Shown here: positions 63,696 through 64,000 of the stretch, piece after piece
Layout of the letters: the number at the start of each line of letters is the position of its first letter
Numbering within the stretch: position 1 is the first letter of the stretch
Source: Escherichia coli
Lineage (GTDB): Bacteria > Pseudomonadota > Gammaproteobacteria > Enterobacterales > Enterobacteriaceae
Length of the DNA: 64,000 nt
Assembly: GCF_024223415.1 (NCBI RefSeq)
Contig: NZ_CP100500.1
Strand: one strand, 5' to 3'
Made by a program: the position numbers and the translations under genes
Notes under the pieces: generated by a model
Database searches by the model: none
Told to the model about the DNA's origin: nothing
What the model saw: the letters and a program-made list of their open reading frames with translations, nothing else

Positions 63696-63827
63696 TCGCC
63701 TTATGCCCGATGATATTCCTTTCATCGGGCTATTTAACCGTTAGTGCCTCCTTTCTCTCCCATCCCTTCCCCCTCCGTCAGATGAACTAAACTTGTTACC
63801 GTTATCACATTCAGGAGATGGAGAACC

Positions 63828-64000
63828 ATGAAACAAACGGTTGCAGCTTATATCGCCAAAACACTCGAATCGGCAGGCGTGAAACGCATCTGGGGAGTCA
63901 CGGGCGACTCTCTGAACGGTCTTAGCGACAGTCTTAATCGCATGGGCACCATCGAGTGGATGTCCACCCGCCATGAAGAAGTGGCGGCGTTTGCCGCTGG
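63828..64000 (+). CDS. poxB: Pyruvate oxidase PoxB, 5' part (runs off window)
   Basis: [57 protein letters not shown] matches the PoxB N-terminus. Confidence 0.85.

Overview
All assignments below come from reading the supplied translations and the DNA by eye; no database search or computation was run. The window looks like an Escherichia coli-type chromosome. The right third (38.9-64 kb) is conserved backbone in the order clpA-clpS-[insert]-cspD-macB-macA-ybjX-ybjD-aqpZ-ybjE(lysO)-hcp-hcr-poxB. Two acquired blocks are visible. (1) A ~10.5 kb phage-inducible chromosomal island (PICI)-like satellite sits between clpS and cspD (41616-52107), flanked by 22-bp direct repeats. It carries int, alpA, a primase/SF3-helicase replication protein with downstream iterons, ssb, perC, a ProQ/FinO-like gene, and a lambda-type cos site next to a Nu1-like small-terminase homologue. 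(2) Everything left of clpA (1-38.5 kb) is accessory DNA ending at a 14-nt tRNA-Ser 3' remnant with its terminator and an orphan type I-F CRISPR mini-array. Its right half is a CP4-57-like integrative element: P4-type integrase, a 608-aa AT-rich orphan ORF, a degenerate IS1, alpA, a DUF3987/YfjI-like gene with a truncated tandem duplicate, an HUH-motif Gp2-like protein and a primase-polymerase/SF2-helicase fusion. Its left half holds metabolic cargo (GabT/PuuE-like aminotransferase, LldD/LldP paralogues, a DUF1537-kinase/PdxA-family locus, a sigma-54-controlled aldehyde/alcohol dehydrogenase operon), an IS21 istA remnant, an Rpn nuclease and a duplicated HUH/zinc-ribbon module. No intact tRNA, rRNA or cas gene was recognised. 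The best candidate for an undescribed function is the 608-aa AT-rich ORF at 35112-36938, which has no motif I can recognise and sits in the integrase-proximal cargo slot.
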